This document shows, piece after piece, positions 1-14,300 of a stretch of DNA of 64,000 nt. Origin of the DNA: Spizellomyces punctatus DAOM BR117 (taxonomy: Eukaryota); NCBI GenBank assembly GCA_000182565.2, contig KQ257457.1; one strand, written 5' to 3'. Numbering within the stretch: position 1 is the stretch's first letter; each line of letters begins with the position of its first letter. A model generated the notes under the pieces. That model searched no databases. It was not told the origin of the DNA and was given only the letters and a program-made list of their open reading frames with translations. Position numbers and translations under genes: made by a program.

Positions 1-760
1 ACCCTCTAACCGACCTCTTTGGCGCCCCAGAACCCTTTCAACAGCCACAAGCTCCCCAAGCCCAAGCCCAAGCACCATCCCGAGCTGCTCCTGCAAAAGA
101 ATCGATCATGTCCCTCTTTAATACTCCCAACCCTCATCAACCTGCTCTGGGCTTCCAAAACCCAAATATGGGAATGCAATACTTCAACCAGGCGGGTGGT
201 GGCGGTTTCCCCCAACATCAACAACAAATGTTCCCTCAGCACCAGCAGCAAATGTTTGGCCACCAACAGTTCCAGCCTCAAATGATGGGCATGCAAAATT
301 TGGGAATGGGAGGCATGCAAAGGCCGGGAATGAATGGGATGCCGCAGCAGGCATATTCCAATGTGAACAACCCGTTTTCTGCATCTCAGCAGCAGCTGCC
401 ACAACAGCAACAGCAGCCGACATATGTGTACGGATCCAGGCCGAGTAATGTAAGTCTATATCTGCTTCGTTATGTACTTCTTCTGAGGCTATTATTAACG
501 TATGCATATTCATATAGCCTTTCGGAGCTACTCAACCGGGTATGTTCACCACCTCGGCTGCCACCGTGCCACGGGCGCTCGACGTAGGTCTAGGTTCGGG
601 AGGATTTGGTGGCTTCCAGCAGGCTCCGGACCAACAAGCTCAGGTTGCATCTAAACCGGATCCGTTCGCGGATTTGGGTCCCTCCTTTGGTGGGGCTGCG
701 AGACCTCAGCAGCAGCAACAGCAGCAGCGACAGGTTTCTCAGCAGAACATGCTCTTTTAA
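1..760 (+). CDS. 3' part of a Gln/Gly/Met-rich protein, probably an ArfGAP of the SMAP/Age2 type (5' end outside window)
   Basis: Open frame from the window start: PLTDLFGAPEPF...KESIMSLFNTP, similar to the SMAP-type 'KDSILSLY' motif. NPF/DPF endocytic motifs; intron 450-517 (GTAAGT...TAG) creates SNPFG; stop TAA at 758-760. The ArfGAP domain itself is not in the window. Confidence 0.55.
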
Positions 761-1097
761 AGAAAGGATATAAACAAGGTTGGGTTGGTGTGTGGGTCAA
801 TTGTTTTTCATGGAATTATACAGTTCGGGTTGATACAGGAATAATGTGCGACTCCGTAGCCCGTTTGTAAGCGTCCGATAAAACATATATTTGTCATTGT
901 GAATGCGTATAAACGTGCCCTGGCCATGTTAAGTTGCAGCCAAGCAACCATTGTATATCGAATGTCCCCAACCCACCAATCCCATTCCAGCAACCTGCCA
1001 AAGCGAAAGGACTACTTCCTAGCTACTTGCACATCGATTAGTATAATAAAATGCACCCAACCCTCTAAAAAATTGTCCCAAAATACATATGACAGTT

Positions 1098-2695
1098 TCA
1101 CTTCTTTCGTGTCAAAACTGCTTCCGTTAGTTGTATCAAGGCCGTCTGAGCGTTGCTAGGTGGTAGCGCTGAGATTGCCTCAATCGCTTGTTGACAGTAC
1201 GACTCGGCCAATGCTCGTGTTCGGGAAAGGCCATCGCTTTGCAACACCAAAGATAATGCCTGTGCAACAGCGCACAACAAATTAGCTCAGGTTCAGGACG
1301 ATCTGACAGAAACGGACTCTCATACCTTTTCAACGTCCCCCTCGTTTCCAAAATTACGCTCAATCAAGGGATGAAGGTCTTCAAACTGTTCTGCAGCGTA
1401 CAAGACTGGTGCTGTTGCTAGGCCCAATTTGAGATCCGCATTGACTGGCTTGCCAAATTCGTCCGCTGATACCGTAAAATCGAGCATGTCATCGACCAAT
1501 TGAAACGCAAGTCCCAGATTCTTTCCATAACTGTATGCTGCATCGACGATCTCCGGTCGGCAGCCCCCTAATACCGCCGCAGCTTGACAACTTTTTGCAA
1601 TCAAACTCGCCGTCTTCAAGTAAGTCTTTTCGATATAGTATTGAAACTTTCCGTTAAGTGTATCATTGTCGGACGCCTTCAACATGCCTTTTGCGTGATA
1701 CAACCAGCCCTTCTCCTCATTCAAAGCAGAGTTCCGCAATTGCATGAATTCGCCCTCAACCAAATTTGAAATCACAGTTGCCAAGAGCTCCACCACCTCG
1801 ACATTTCGTAAACGTGCCAATGCTACAGATGCTCGTGCTAGTAAAAAGTCCCCAGCTAAAATAGCCATTTTATTTCCGAATTCCGCATTCGCAGAGGATT
1901 GTGCTCTTCGTGTCATGGCCAGATCAATGACGTCGTCATGTAGGAGGGACGCGGTATGTATCATCTCAGTGATCTCTGCAAGGCGCCTTTGTGTGGGAAG
2001 AATGCTCAAGTCCGCGGCGGGGGCAGTGTATGTATTTCTACTCTCTACATGTGCCCCAAATGTTATTTCCCTCGATGGAATTGTCGGTTGGTCCACTGGT
2101 AGGTTATTGACATTTTCTTGGCCTGCCCCTCCCAGCTTTGGTGCGATGCTTGTAGCTTGGGCTATCAGTAGAACGATCAGCGGTCGAACATGTTTTCCTC
2201 CAGCGTGGAAGTAGTAATTGCTAATGGTAGTCAATACGGGATGTCCGGATCCAAGGAGACGACGTATATTATCTGTGAGTAACTTCAAGTCCTGGCCAAG
2301 AAGTTCGCGTGGATTTATGACGGAGCCGCCTTTTGGATGAACTAGAGTCTCGGCGCTGGCTATTGCGTTCGTCCATGTGGGTGATGTCGCACTCAATGAA
2401 CCTTTCTTTGCACCTATGCCTCGGACCATCTGGCTCTTGATTGCAGTTACTCCCTTCGAAAGCCACCCTTGCTCGCCTTCATTCTGTGCGGTCGCGGTAT
2501 TCGTTGATGCCAAGCGGACGTGGTGGAAGACAGGCGAATAAAAGACCTAAACTCAAAGGCGTGGAGTTAATAATTCCGATAACCTTGTCTTGATCCATTA
2601 TCTCAGTGTGCAAACCAGCAGGCCCTTACCAATCGTCGCCTACATTCCAGCGAGGCACCTCCCACCCTACTTTTTCTCACAGCCAGACTAAGCAT
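1098..2695 (-). CDS. COQ1: Mitochondrial polyprenyl diphosphate synthase (coenzyme Q biosynthesis)
   Basis: GGKHVRP, EMIHTASLLHDDVID (FARM), KTASL, AFQLVDDMLD (SARM), C-terminal VLTRKK. Predicted exon 1 2630-2695 (MLSLAVRKSR...), intron 2547-2629, last intron ~1262-1325. Confidence 0.92.
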
Positions 2696-3016
2696 GGCAC
2701 AATGTGCACACCAAACAACTTTCCAGCTTTCAAAAACTGTGGCGGTGGTGCTCGTTTGAGCCGCGAGCCGTCCGCCAAACCTCTTCCTTTCAGCAGAGTC
2801 AAGGCCGAAATGACGACGACGACGAAACAGAGGATCCGGCGTGGCCCATGTTGCCGTGACGATCCGGATGAGTGAGTCATTTAAAGAATGTGGTTAAGTA
2901 TTCCAGCCTGGTTGTAACCTCATTTCTGGCTGAATCCACTTCTTGATTCTTTTTGGGTGTTGACAGCCCAAGGCATTTTCCCACATTCCTTCTCCCCAAC
3001 CATGACTTTAGCAAAA

Positions 3017-4439
3017 ATGAGTCGTCCGTCTGTGTCCGCAAATTGGAAAAAGCTATGCTCAGTACGTACTGCCTCTATGCATTTCTCGATGATTGCCTTC
3101 TCAATTCTCTGGTTTTGCAGAAAATAAACAAACCTAGTAAATCCTCTAAACCGAATGCGACCCGACCCACTACCAAGTCGAAAGTCTCGAGCAGAAAGGC
3201 AAATACCGGTGCTTCTAAAACAGTTTCTGCTGACAGCACTGTTTCCTTGGTTGCGGGAAGGAAGCGGAAAGATACTGTGGACGGCAAGCCGGTTATCAAG
3301 GCGGCAAAGCGAAGCAAAGTCGATGACACTCAGTCTCAACTGAGAACCAAGAATGGCATACCAAAGAAGAAACTAAGCAGAGCCGCTCCGGTGCCCTCTC
3401 CTCCTCCACAAGACGATGATACGGAAGATTCAGATTTTGAAATTGGCGGCGCTCTCCACTCCTCTGTGGTCCTACGGAAGGCATCAACCAATATGTGCTG
3501 CAATGCCCCGCCTGTAGAAGATGGTCCGAAACGATCTATTGAGGAATGGTATGAGGAGTTTGATCGCGAAGGGAGTGGTCTTGGTGAAGAGGAGGCAACT
3601 TTCAAATCAATAAGAGACAGAGATCGTAAAATATTAGAGCTTGTTTTGACTGCTGGAACGGGATCCGCGCTTTCGGATGGTGAGGAGGTGGAGCAGGTTC
3701 AGGTTCAAAGATCCAGAGTGACTGCCACCAAAGATGGTCGAAATACCCAGGCGGTCACTACAGAGTATGTCACAACCACCGCTACGGTGAAGAAACCACT
3801 TGATTTGCTGGATGGAATGGATGTTTCGGAGCGAGCGAAAACCAAGGTTGGCAAATACATTGCTATGGATTGTGAAATGGTGGGAGTTGGCGAAGACGGA
3901 ACACAGTCTGTTTTGGCTAGAGTTAGTTTGGTTAATTTCCATGGGCATACGTTACTGGATAAATATGTGCTGCCGCAGGAGGAGGTGACCGATTACAGAA
4001 CGTGGGTTAGCGGCATTACACCCGAATTGTTAAAAAACGGTAATTCTCCAGTTGTTTCATGATTTGATTATGTCGAACTCTAACTCGGATATGCGCAGCC
4101 ATTTCTTTTAAACAAGTGCAAAAGGAAGTGGCGGATTTGATAAAGGACCGCATTGTCGTTGGACATGCTCTAAAGAATGATTTTCAGGCACTGCTTCTGG
4201 ATCACCCACATCGACTCGTACGAGATACGTCATTATACAAGCCCTTTCGTGCAATGGCCAAGAACAGGGCACCTGCGCTGAGAAGATTAGCCAAAGACTT
4301 GCTGGGTTTGCAGATTCAGAGTGGCGAACATTCTTCTGTCGAGGATGCGAGGGTCGCCATGTTATTGTATAGAAAAGTCAAGGTCGAATGGGAGAAAACA
4401 CTGTTGCGGAGGATAGAAAAGGGACTTGACAAGACGTAA
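3017..4439 (+). CDS. REX4: RNA exonuclease 4 (DEDDh 3'-5' exonuclease)
   Basis: N-terminal [13 protein letters not shown], intron 3062-3120, basic low-complexity region, then [12 protein letters not shown]...ARVSLVN...[10 protein letters not shown]; after intron ~4040-4098 VGHALKNDF...HSSVEDA. Confidence 0.92.
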
Positions 4440-4933
4440 TTTTACGTAGAAGCATATACTTGTACTGTGTATTGCGCAAAACGATGCAGGCAAACCAAAA
4501 CAAGGACAGCTTGGAAAAATGTCACAATTTAAAGTTGGGCAAACGACCGCAACTTGAAGGAGATAAAAAAAAAGGGATCATGGCGTTTGCGCTGGCGGTT
4601 TGCCCGTGCTAAAAGACCAGAGCGCGTGTCGCGTGTGTGTTGTCAACTGGGGGTAATAATCCAAGGGGGTTATGTCCAAATTACGATGGTTGGGAAGGGC
4701 TTTTAACAGGAAATTACGTCCTTTTTTTTGCAGAAGTTGTCATGTCCGACAACAAAAGTTCTTTGAAAAGAATTCGCCACATGGAGAGTATCCCATCCCA
4801 TCCAAAGCGTTATTTAAAAAGGGCCAACCCGCTCCACACTTCCCTCCTCCATCCATCAACGAAGATCATCAACGGCTGCGCAGCCTGTATTTGAGTATTT
4901 TTAAACGCTGCATCATCCCAATCATTATTCACC

Positions 4934-5327
4934 ATGTCTAGCAAGTCGTTTATTGCCATCAATGTGGTGCTTGTCTGCATCGCTTTGGGTGTTGCAGCCG
5001 CACCTGTTCCTGTAGACGTTGTTTCTCCTGCTCATTTGCGTAAGTTGCGCGTAGTCGCGAAATGTTCAAGAAAACCCTGTTCATGTCCTTTCAGTCCTTA
5101 GGCGTCAAGACGTGCTGACGACGCCGCCTCCGCCTCCGACTCCTCCGGTTGTGCCCGTTCAAACCACGAACGGAAACGATAATATTCCCGCCGAACAGGC
5201 TAATGAGGTGATCGTGGGTGACGCAACTCCTCCCTCTCTCGCTCCTCCCGGATCCGCCGTCGTCAGCGCTGAAGTCACGGCCGGAAATGACAATATTGCA
5301 TCGTTTTCTTTGGGAACTGGGATTTAA
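4934..5327 (+). CDS. Small secreted Pro-rich protein with signal peptide and kexin-like site
   Basis: MSSKSFIAINVVLVCIALGVAAAP (hydrophobic signal peptide). Intron 5040-5094 joins in frame to LLRR|QDVLTTPPPPPTPP...; stop at 5325-5327. Confidence 0.7.
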
Positions 5328-5917
5328 TGCAGGAAACAATAATGAACCGTAGGCAGTGTGAAATAGGACCATTTGGAATTTATATATTGCGCAGTTTGTC
5401 ATTTCACTAGAGTAGACGTCGCGGAAGGCATTTATCCTCCTTTTGAAATTGTGCACAGTTTTTTCTTCATTTGTTTGTTGAGTGAAATATACCTTTGTAG
5501 AGTCATGTCCGTTGATATCTTTTGGACAATATGGTTTTCATTGTTGAATGTCACCAGGGAAGGATACGGTTGGTTGTCACAGACTTAAGATGGGTTTGAT
5601 ATGCACACTGGAAACGGACACAGCAAATCATATTCCTCTTGCCATCTTACGTTTGCTCTTAAAAATGTGGTAAGAAACGTGCGACATTGGGTATGATGAC
5701 TCCCGCACCGTTTAAACCTTCACAGAAACGACTGCTATAATCACCAGACAACACGCATGATACTGTGCAGCATGGCATCGTCAACCTCGCATCGTCTGCA
5801 TGACTCTTTGTTCGCAAGGACCGGAGCTTAATGTCCGTCTGTTTTCATTGCAAAACAACAAATAGCTAGACTAACGACGACTTGAGCAATTCACTCCTTG
5901 TAGCTGACTGCGCAAAA

Positions 5918-7043
5918 CTATTCTACTGCAGGGGGCAGGTCCCCATGTCCCTCTGCCTTACGCGCCGATCCGTCTCGATGCCTTCCCAATAAACTCCACC
6001 GGTGCTTAGCATGGTGATCCTTGTCCAGCTGTGCAGGTGCTGTAGTTTTGTGTCGTACAATGACAACCGGCATTGCGGCATGACGCATGCAATATGCAGA
6101 AGTGCTACCCAGCAAAAGACTTTTTGCAGAGATGACAATCAAATGATATGCCAATATGCATGCCTACTTTTGAAAGCGAACGTACTGCTTGAGAGGAGAT
6201 ACACCATGCGACCCCAGAACGAGAGTGTCCACAGCGAGTTCCGATGCCTAAGGTAATTAGAATGTCTGCCGTGAATGTAGTACCTCTTTTCCTATGACAG
6301 ATGTTACGACTACCAGCTCGCAGATGGTTGTCTTTGGCGAATCCGACAGTTTGACGTGAACAGAGAGGCGGATGTTCTACGTTCAAAGTCCAAGTGATTA
6401 CAAGTCTTCCAACAATACGATACAGCGTTAGGTTTACAAAGATTTACCTTGACTGGAAACGCCTCCAGTCTGCGACGGAACGTCTTGCGCATCTCTGTTC
6501 CCTACATTTTGAGCACTGACGAATTGGTATACATATAGCTTGGAATGCCAGAAACGCCAGCTGCAGACCATTTGTTCTAACATATTCTCCAAGTTGTGTG
6601 TCCCCTTTTCATAATCCTCTGCATCAGCGTGTAAGGAGGATATACTTCCAATATGTTTTGCACGATGAAGTAACTCTGTGCCCTGATCGCTTACCACTCA
6701 GCATTTTCACATATCCATCGTCTTTCACCACATTGACCAAAACTATTTCATCCCCGTCTTTGGCTAATGTCCTGCAAGCCCAATCGAATGCCTCGTCTGA
6801 TAGAGGAGAATTGTCGATGGCAACCATATGGACACCGGAACGTGTAGATCTTTCAGGGAGGGATATGGAGCTTTGCGAAGAAATGGTTTGGAGGTTCGGA
6901 CTGGCAGAGTCATAGTCCAGTAAATGGTCTGTCGGTGGTGGTGTCCCAGGAGGAGGTGGTTCAAAGATATCAGAGGCATCGGCTATTTCTTCAACGTCCT
7001 CTTCGCCAGGTTTGGCAAGAAGGTGAGGCTTGGCGTTGGTCAT
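5918..7043 (-). CDS. Universal stress protein (USP/UspA) domain protein
   Basis: HMVAIDNSPLSDEAFDWAC...IVLVNV (USP beta1/alpha1) and LLLGSTSAYCMRHAAMPVVIVR (USP C-terminal signature); several short introns. Confidence 0.85.
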
Positions 7044-7270
7044 TTTGACCTCGCTGTAAAAACAACAAATGGCCAACGGATGGCTTTGGTAGTTTGACTC
7101 TAACGCCAAACAGTTAGCTGGCAAATGGAGGTCATCCAGCATGCAAGTCATTGGGCTTCCTTCCGCCCGTTAGTCACCTGCTTACGTATGGGGCTGAGCC
7201 TCAAGGAAAATGGCGTGGCCTCTGCAACGATCATCTGGCGAGCTCATTTACATTCCCACCCATCTCCCAA

Positions 7271-8049
7271 ATGTCCGTCCGCAACCGCAAGAATCAAGGA
7301 AAGGACCCCATCGCACCTTTCGAGGAGGAGCTGCTGACTTATATCAATGCGAGACACGACGATTTAGTCGTTTGCGCTCAATACTTTGCCAACTCAAAGA
7401 ATGCGCTTCAAACCAAAGTGTCAGACATTGATTCTGCGGGTTTTACATTGAAATATGTCGACAAAAACATGGAAGGCGAGCTTGCGCAAAAGGAGGTGCG
7501 GGTAGCGTTTGATAAACCGGTTGCAACAAAGGAGGCCGTCAAGGATAAGTTTTTGACATTGGCGAAGGAGGCGCGAACGGGTTTGGGATTGGTAAGAGAT
7601 GTAAAGTCATTACAAAAGTTTACACATATTGATGGTTTGTCTCCTGGAATCAACAGGTTGTTGACAAGAAATACGTTGCACCGGGAAGCACGCCTCGACT
7701 TGACTTTTACCCTCCTGCTCAAATTCTCACAGGTGCGGCCGCACTTTGGACGGTGGGTCTGGGCGGTGCCTTTGCGCCCCTTCCACCAGTTGCAGAGTTT
7801 TATCGAAACGAACTAGGAGGGAAACAAATATTTGAGAACGTCATAATGGGTGTGCTAGTGCTACACGGCCTGGAAGCGTTGGTGGTACTCGGATTTGGAG
7901 TGTATGGACGATTTTCTTTCCTAGACTTGGTGAAATCAGCGGTATTAACCATACTGTTTGGGATGGCGTGCGTGGGGCCAATAATCAAGACTGCGGTGAA
8001 GAGGAAGTTGTTCTTGGATGGCCAAAAGGAGAGCATCAAGATCGGCTGA
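7271..8049 (+). CDS. DUF2470-domain protein with C-terminal membrane segments
   Basis: LLTYINARHDDLVVCAQYF...VSDIDSAGFTL...VRVAFDKP matches the DUF2470 pattern; after intron ~7592-7657 hydrophobic helices including LVLHGLEALVV. Confidence 0.7.
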
Positions 8050-8300
8050 TCAAAAATAGATGAAATTGAAACTATTCTATCGCACGGCGTATTTGCTACC
8101 GTTGGCTTTACATAATACCTCGCCGAATGTAGTCGATGCCTTACACCTTTTAAAAATTGCGTAGCCTAACCGGACAGAATCCAACTGTTGAATTACAATA
8201 GTGCATACATTCACCGACCACCCGCCGCCCCATCTCGGACGCGGTCGGTATTATATAGATACAAGCTTGGAGCAGTCAATGCCATTGTCTTTTCTTTTGT

Positions 8301-11300
8301 TTATCGCATAATAGCCATCTGATGTTTCGTCATATCGAATTCGTCGAGATTCGCTTCTTGCATGAGGTTGAAAATAGTCCCTTCGAGGACAGTTTCAACC
8401 ATGTTTTGGAATTCTGACGTACTGTTCAAGTGAAGGGTTTTGAGCTTGAACTCCCGAAATTATGGTAATTGACAAAGTATACACAAAACTATACCTCAAT
8501 ATCGTCTCACCCAACTCCTTGTTCAATTCGTTAGTGGGGTCGTTTTGTTCCATGCCGATGACACCGTCTACTGAGTCGAACTGAACGTGTTCATGCACTC
8601 TATTGTCAGCAGCATGGGACTCATCCAGTACAATGCCGTTCATGGGCCGCGATGTTGCGATCTGCACATAATATGGCAGAGGCTCATGTCGCATTTTCTC
8701 GGGAAGGATCTGTATGTCCTGATCTTGGAACACATCGTCCAAGAGGGAAGTGAGGATTCCAGTCAAGAGTACTCGCGCGGATGGGGAACTGAAGGTCTGT
8801 TTAGGTAATATAAGCGATGTTTAGCTGATATTGTCTGCACTGCAATAGGCAGGTCTTTTTGATCAGTTACCTGACTCTCGATGGGCGCTGTTTCGTGATC
8901 GGGTTTCCTCTCGTGGAAGAAATTATCATAGCCCGTGTAGAGGCGGCGACATTCTTCTACCGGATGTGATCGACCAATAATAGCAAGGAAAAGATGGAAC
9001 GGTTCCGGGGCTGGTGCTAAACCGGGGAATAGGCTAATGTCGCTGGTATCTGGAGTAGGGACGGGTAAGCATCAAGAGTATGGCAAAAAAAGTCGTCAAC
9101 TTACTGGAGAGCGCCGAAATGGGTCGTCCCTCCTTCGTTGGGGCCTCCGTCTCCGAGACTCGACCACTGAGAGTTCCGGATGGAGTTTTCGGCGGTGTAA
9201 TGGGCGGCAGAGTCCTATACTTCATCTTGGTTAAATCATGCTGGCTTCCACCTGCCGCGACCGACATCCTAGTCGAGTCTCTTCGGAGTGCTGGTGCAGC
9301 CGTCTGAATAGCGATACTCAAGGGTCTGCCTTCCCGTCTGGCCGTATCGATCACATCTTTGGCCTCATTGTAAGCAGCTAGCTCTGTATCATTCATGATT
9401 TCACAGATAACGTCCGTTTCGTACACACGTGGTTCGTTCGTCGGCGTAAAGGAGAGCCTGCATACCCTCGATTCGCCAGGCGCAAGTAATCCCGACGGCG
9501 GACTGATTTTAAGGACTAACACGAAAGAAAGAATGAATAGGTTGCTTCATGACAAATCCATCCGTTGCAAGTCCACTCACTTTCAGCCAGAGAGCTTGGT
9601 ATGATCCAATTGAAAGATACATCTGCCTCTTTCTCAGTGTTGCTGATAATGACAAGCTCTCGGACAGTGGCGTTCAAAGGAATATGGCCAAAATTGATAC
9701 GTTCCTGCAGAGACATATCAGGCTATGGTGGTCTTCTACCAAAAGTGCACCATCACCTACTCGTGATAGAAGTGCCATTTGTCTTGGCATGTCAAGCTCC
9801 TGCACCGATGGAATGGGATCGGAATATGCCTTTGAATCTTGTCGTTCATCTGCCTCCAGATCAACCTATCAAGAATTAAGATATTTGTGAAGGGCTCCAG
9901 AAATGATTACTGATGAGAAACACCTACCATCTCCTGCACGCCTTGACCACGGAAGGTGATGCTTCGACTTTTGCCATCGGCAACAGTGATGGGTATCTCG
10001 ACCTGCAGATGTGATAAGCCCAATGCTTGGAAACAGACAAGTCAGAATCACTATCATGCTGCCTCACCTCATATTCTTTGATCTCTAGCGGCCGGAACAC
10101 CCAGTCGATATGTTCTATATGACCTGGAGCGATGGTGCCCCTTCGTTTTCTACATTGAAGGATTTCCACATTGAAGTTTTCTTCTTTCAACTGTTGAATA
10201 TATGCGGAATTTGTAACTTTCGTCAACGAAAGAATAGCCATGGGTAACATACATGTTCGAGTGGTGAGAGATCTAGCGTATATTCGAGCGACACGGCACC
10301 GCGGTTCATCAATTGGTAGGTCTGAAAATGGATGAGACAAAGCAGTTAGCATTACTGTGCAGCTATAACCAACAGCAAAACTAACATACTTGTACAGGAG
10401 GTTCCAGTGTTCCAATCGATACAGGCTGGAACGTATGTTCCGATGAATGAAAATGCAAACACTTTTTTGCCGGCGGTACAGAATATCCCACAAAGTTGAT
10501 CATGACTTCCTTGCTCGATTGAGTTGTTCCATTCTTCAGCTTGAACATTACGGGCAACTTGTGCAATCCGGCAAATTCATGGCTGTAGGTCATGGTTACG
10601 TGCACCGCCTCGTTAGGATCTAGCCAACCGGCTTTAGGACTGATCGTAAACAATTCATTGTCGATGATCAAGTTGTGATGCAATTGCTCGTCGGTGTAAT
10701 CTCCGGGATCTGCCCAGTGTTCAATCTCAATCTCCAGGTCATTTGGGAAGTAAAAAACCCATTCAACGGGCACAACGCCTGAATTCCGCAGGTTGAGGTG
10801 GTAAACTGTAGGCTGGCAGCCAACGGGAGTTGCGCCGAAATCAAAGTCTGTCGAAAGAATGTCAGACTCGGTCTTTTGGTCTGGCGTGGAGTACTCTGAT
10901 TTTGAGTCAGTTGGGAAGGAGTTATCTTCTTGTACTAGAGACGATATTTGAGGCGGGTCAACGGCACTGAGGAGATTGTTGAAGCGGTGGAGGGAAAAAA
11001 GTTGCCACAAGAGGGATTTAGAAAACCCTTCGCAGCGGATATCCGTGACTTGGATCAAAGGATGGACACCAACAGCTAGTACGTCACACAAGTGCTGTCT
11101 CTGCGACTCGGTCGCAAGCGAAAGGAGACTTGGTGAGGAGTGTAATGACTGTGGCTCCAAAGTATAGTAAACTCTGTAGCGATAAGGGACTTGTTCGGAA
11201 AGCCGAACCCTCACTCGCAGCGCCTGATGTGAGCGCGCAGGCAAGATCTTTGACTTTTGGACAATTTCAAGCCCAGAATCATTTACGTTATTAGGAACTG

Positions 11301-14300
11301 GCTCCCCTTCTTCCTCGTTACCCATCTCATCACCTTCCTTTCCGTCGTCGGTATCGGTTTTAGACTCCCTTTGTCTCGTGAGCTCCAGATGGTAAACCAC
11401 GTCACATTCCGTCGGATTGTGCAGAATCATCTCCCGTTCGACGAGAGAATGCACTAGGACGGCGCTCAAGTCTAATACCTCTGGTTGGGCCACAATCTTT
11501 CCGTATGTACCCTGACCGACTACTGAAAACGTGGTGCGACGTTGACTAAAGTCTGGCGACCATTGATGATCATACGCAACGCCAGGCTCTGAGAGCAGGT
11601 CAATGAGATTGTAAGCGATCCGGGTTAGAGAAACACTCGCTTACCTCTCAACTCATGGTGATAGTAGCAAGGTAGTTTAATTACCCAGTTTCTTGCTACG
11701 TTTGGTGCAAAAGTGCAGACGAGGTCCATTGCACTGTTGGAGGCCAGTTTGCCACTCGTCGGCTCTATTGAGATAATGGAAGAATACTGCCGAGGGATTC
11801 TCCACTGTGTACGTCCCGCAGGGCGGCATTGTGAGATAGGTGATTTAGGTACGCCAAAACTGCTCAAGTACCTCAAAATTCACAGTAATTCGTGATGTAT
11901 TTCTGGCGGGGAAGGTGCGCTTGGCAACCGCACCGATACAGGTGGGCTTGAAACAGAGCGTGTTTTGCGTCCCCAAGGTGAGATGAGGAAAATATCCAAC
12001 ACCTCGCATTTGAAGGTCCTAAATAACAACAAAAGAGAGCTTGGTATATGTGCGTGGTAGTCGGCCAGTGAGCATTGCATCCCCAGCCTACCTACATAGC
12101 TATTAGCCGCTGAGCTGTTGAATGAGCATTTGAGTGCTTGCTCGTAAACTCTCTGCTCACTCGGAGAAAATCTAAAGACAAGCAACCGAGATTCATTCTT
12201 TTTGAGGAGTCCCAAGCGTGGTTTGACCGTAAATGCCGCACCACCCAAGCTTGCGAGTGCCGTTCCACCGCCAATGCCCGTCAATCCGCCATCAAGAATA
12301 GCAAAATGCACGGGAGTGTCTCCGGTATTGGAAACCCGAACCGTGCGATAAACGGATTTGTCAACGTGACAGGAGGGGAAGTCCAGACGGGTCGCCCCAA
12401 AGTCGATTTTGGGGATAAAGGTGTCCTGCTCTGGAGAAAAGGTGTTGCTATCCGTATGATGTTATTCCACGTTCCGCATCTCCTGTACATCAAGATTGGA
12501 TGAAAGCATCCGTTACCTACCCTGTAACCATTGGCGTAAGGCACCAGGGAGGAGTGAATGTATCTTGGTTCACCAGCCGAAAGTTCCTCATGCTCTTGAA
12601 GTAAACAAAGCACTCCAGCTGGGCTCCATAGATGGAATTATCAATTGTAGGCCGAAAGTTTACACGAAAGTCAGTAGTGCTTTTAGGAAGGATATCTGCT
12701 ACTACTGGCGTAACGGTGAACACCGGCTCCTCCCTACAAAAAATCACGAATTAATGACAACCCTGCAAGAACGACGATGGTGACGTTTGAATATCATTAC
12801 CCACTATTCTCCCCTGGGACAATCCAAACGCAAGACATCTTTCCCTTTGTATTATTGGCAATGCGGATGTATTGGCAGTCAATTACTCGGTACCGAGAGC
12901 ATGACCCAAAGTCAATATGGGTGTCCACTAGGGTAACCGCTTCCGAGTCGCCCGTGTTTTCGTAAAAGTATTCGCTAGCTACTTTACAGTCTTCGTACGT
13001 GGAATCGACAGTGTTTTTGGTTACTGCAACCGTAATTTTAAGATTAGACGTTTGCTATGCTTGATGCATAGAAGGTTATGCGTACTATGCATATTGGCCT
13101 GCCCAGGGTCTACCCAGGAGAGAACTCCTTGATTGCACGTTATTGTTCCATTTTTGAGCATCTACACCAGAAGGAGGGTTAAGGTTGCTGACTTTCCCAA
13201 TCCCTACAGCCTCTTTTGATGAGAATATACCTCTTCAAGCTGCTCTGGACCAAAACTCCACAAGCCATTTTTCTTCCGTATCTGGTAATTCTCAATGTGC
13301 TTTTGATGAAATGTTGCGGGTCTTCGTTTATCGTTGTAGCATGTTCCCAGAATATCCAAAATCTGTCAAAGCACGCTCTCATTAGCCTTCATTTGTTACG
13401 TCTTGTACTCTCTCTATTGGTCTCACCAGCCCATCATGATGCTCCACCAGACAGTACACTCGTCGATAATAGTTGATAGGTTCAAAGGGTGTGAACTTTA
13501 CAGTGAGTGCGACTGAAGAGTGAGGTCCAATGCTGCCCCAAGGTTTGTCGATTCGAAAAATACCGTTGGCTTCGGTGAGGAACTATCATTCGCGCTCAAT
13601 TTAACATGACGCTTATCGGTGTTTTTGACTAAAAAGCAACAGGATGCATGAACTCACCTGGTAGAATGCAGTAATGGGGGAGTGGTTTTGCAGAAAGAGT
13701 GCTCTGGTAGCAGTTGTTGCTGCCGGAACATCGTTAAAGTTCACTACGTTGGTATTAAGGGTGACTTTTGGGCCTGAAAAATATAGAGAATCAATATCAA
13801 GCATCCCCGTCCTTGACTTTTTGCGTAGCCATACCTATCCCTCGACCAGAGCAGGTGATACGAATGGTGTTACCAGACAGAGTAGTGATGTCGTAGTAAT
13901 CAGTGGACTGCATCCCAGCAGCGACAGGGGTATAGATGATCTAAAAAAAATATTTCAATGTATAAGGTCCTCATAAAGCAGGATTGAACTCTGCTCGTCT
14001 GGACGCACCGTAATATCCATACTTTGACCGCTGGGAACAGTTCCACTCAGAGTAGAGAACTCAAAGTAGGGATCGGTATCGCTTTCTGGCTGTTTAATTC
14101 TGAAATTTGCGTGCACCTGCGTCGGGTAAAGCATCAAATGTTGAGCTGCAAATCACCGCATTTGTGAACTGGCATGTTGAGCGCACCGCTGAGAGATTTT
14201 GCAAAACAAACTTCTTCTCCACACTTCGTCCAACGAATACGTCCCCAAAGTCAAATATCTTTTGATTACCCTCAATGGCAAGAAAAGAGAACTTGCCGAG

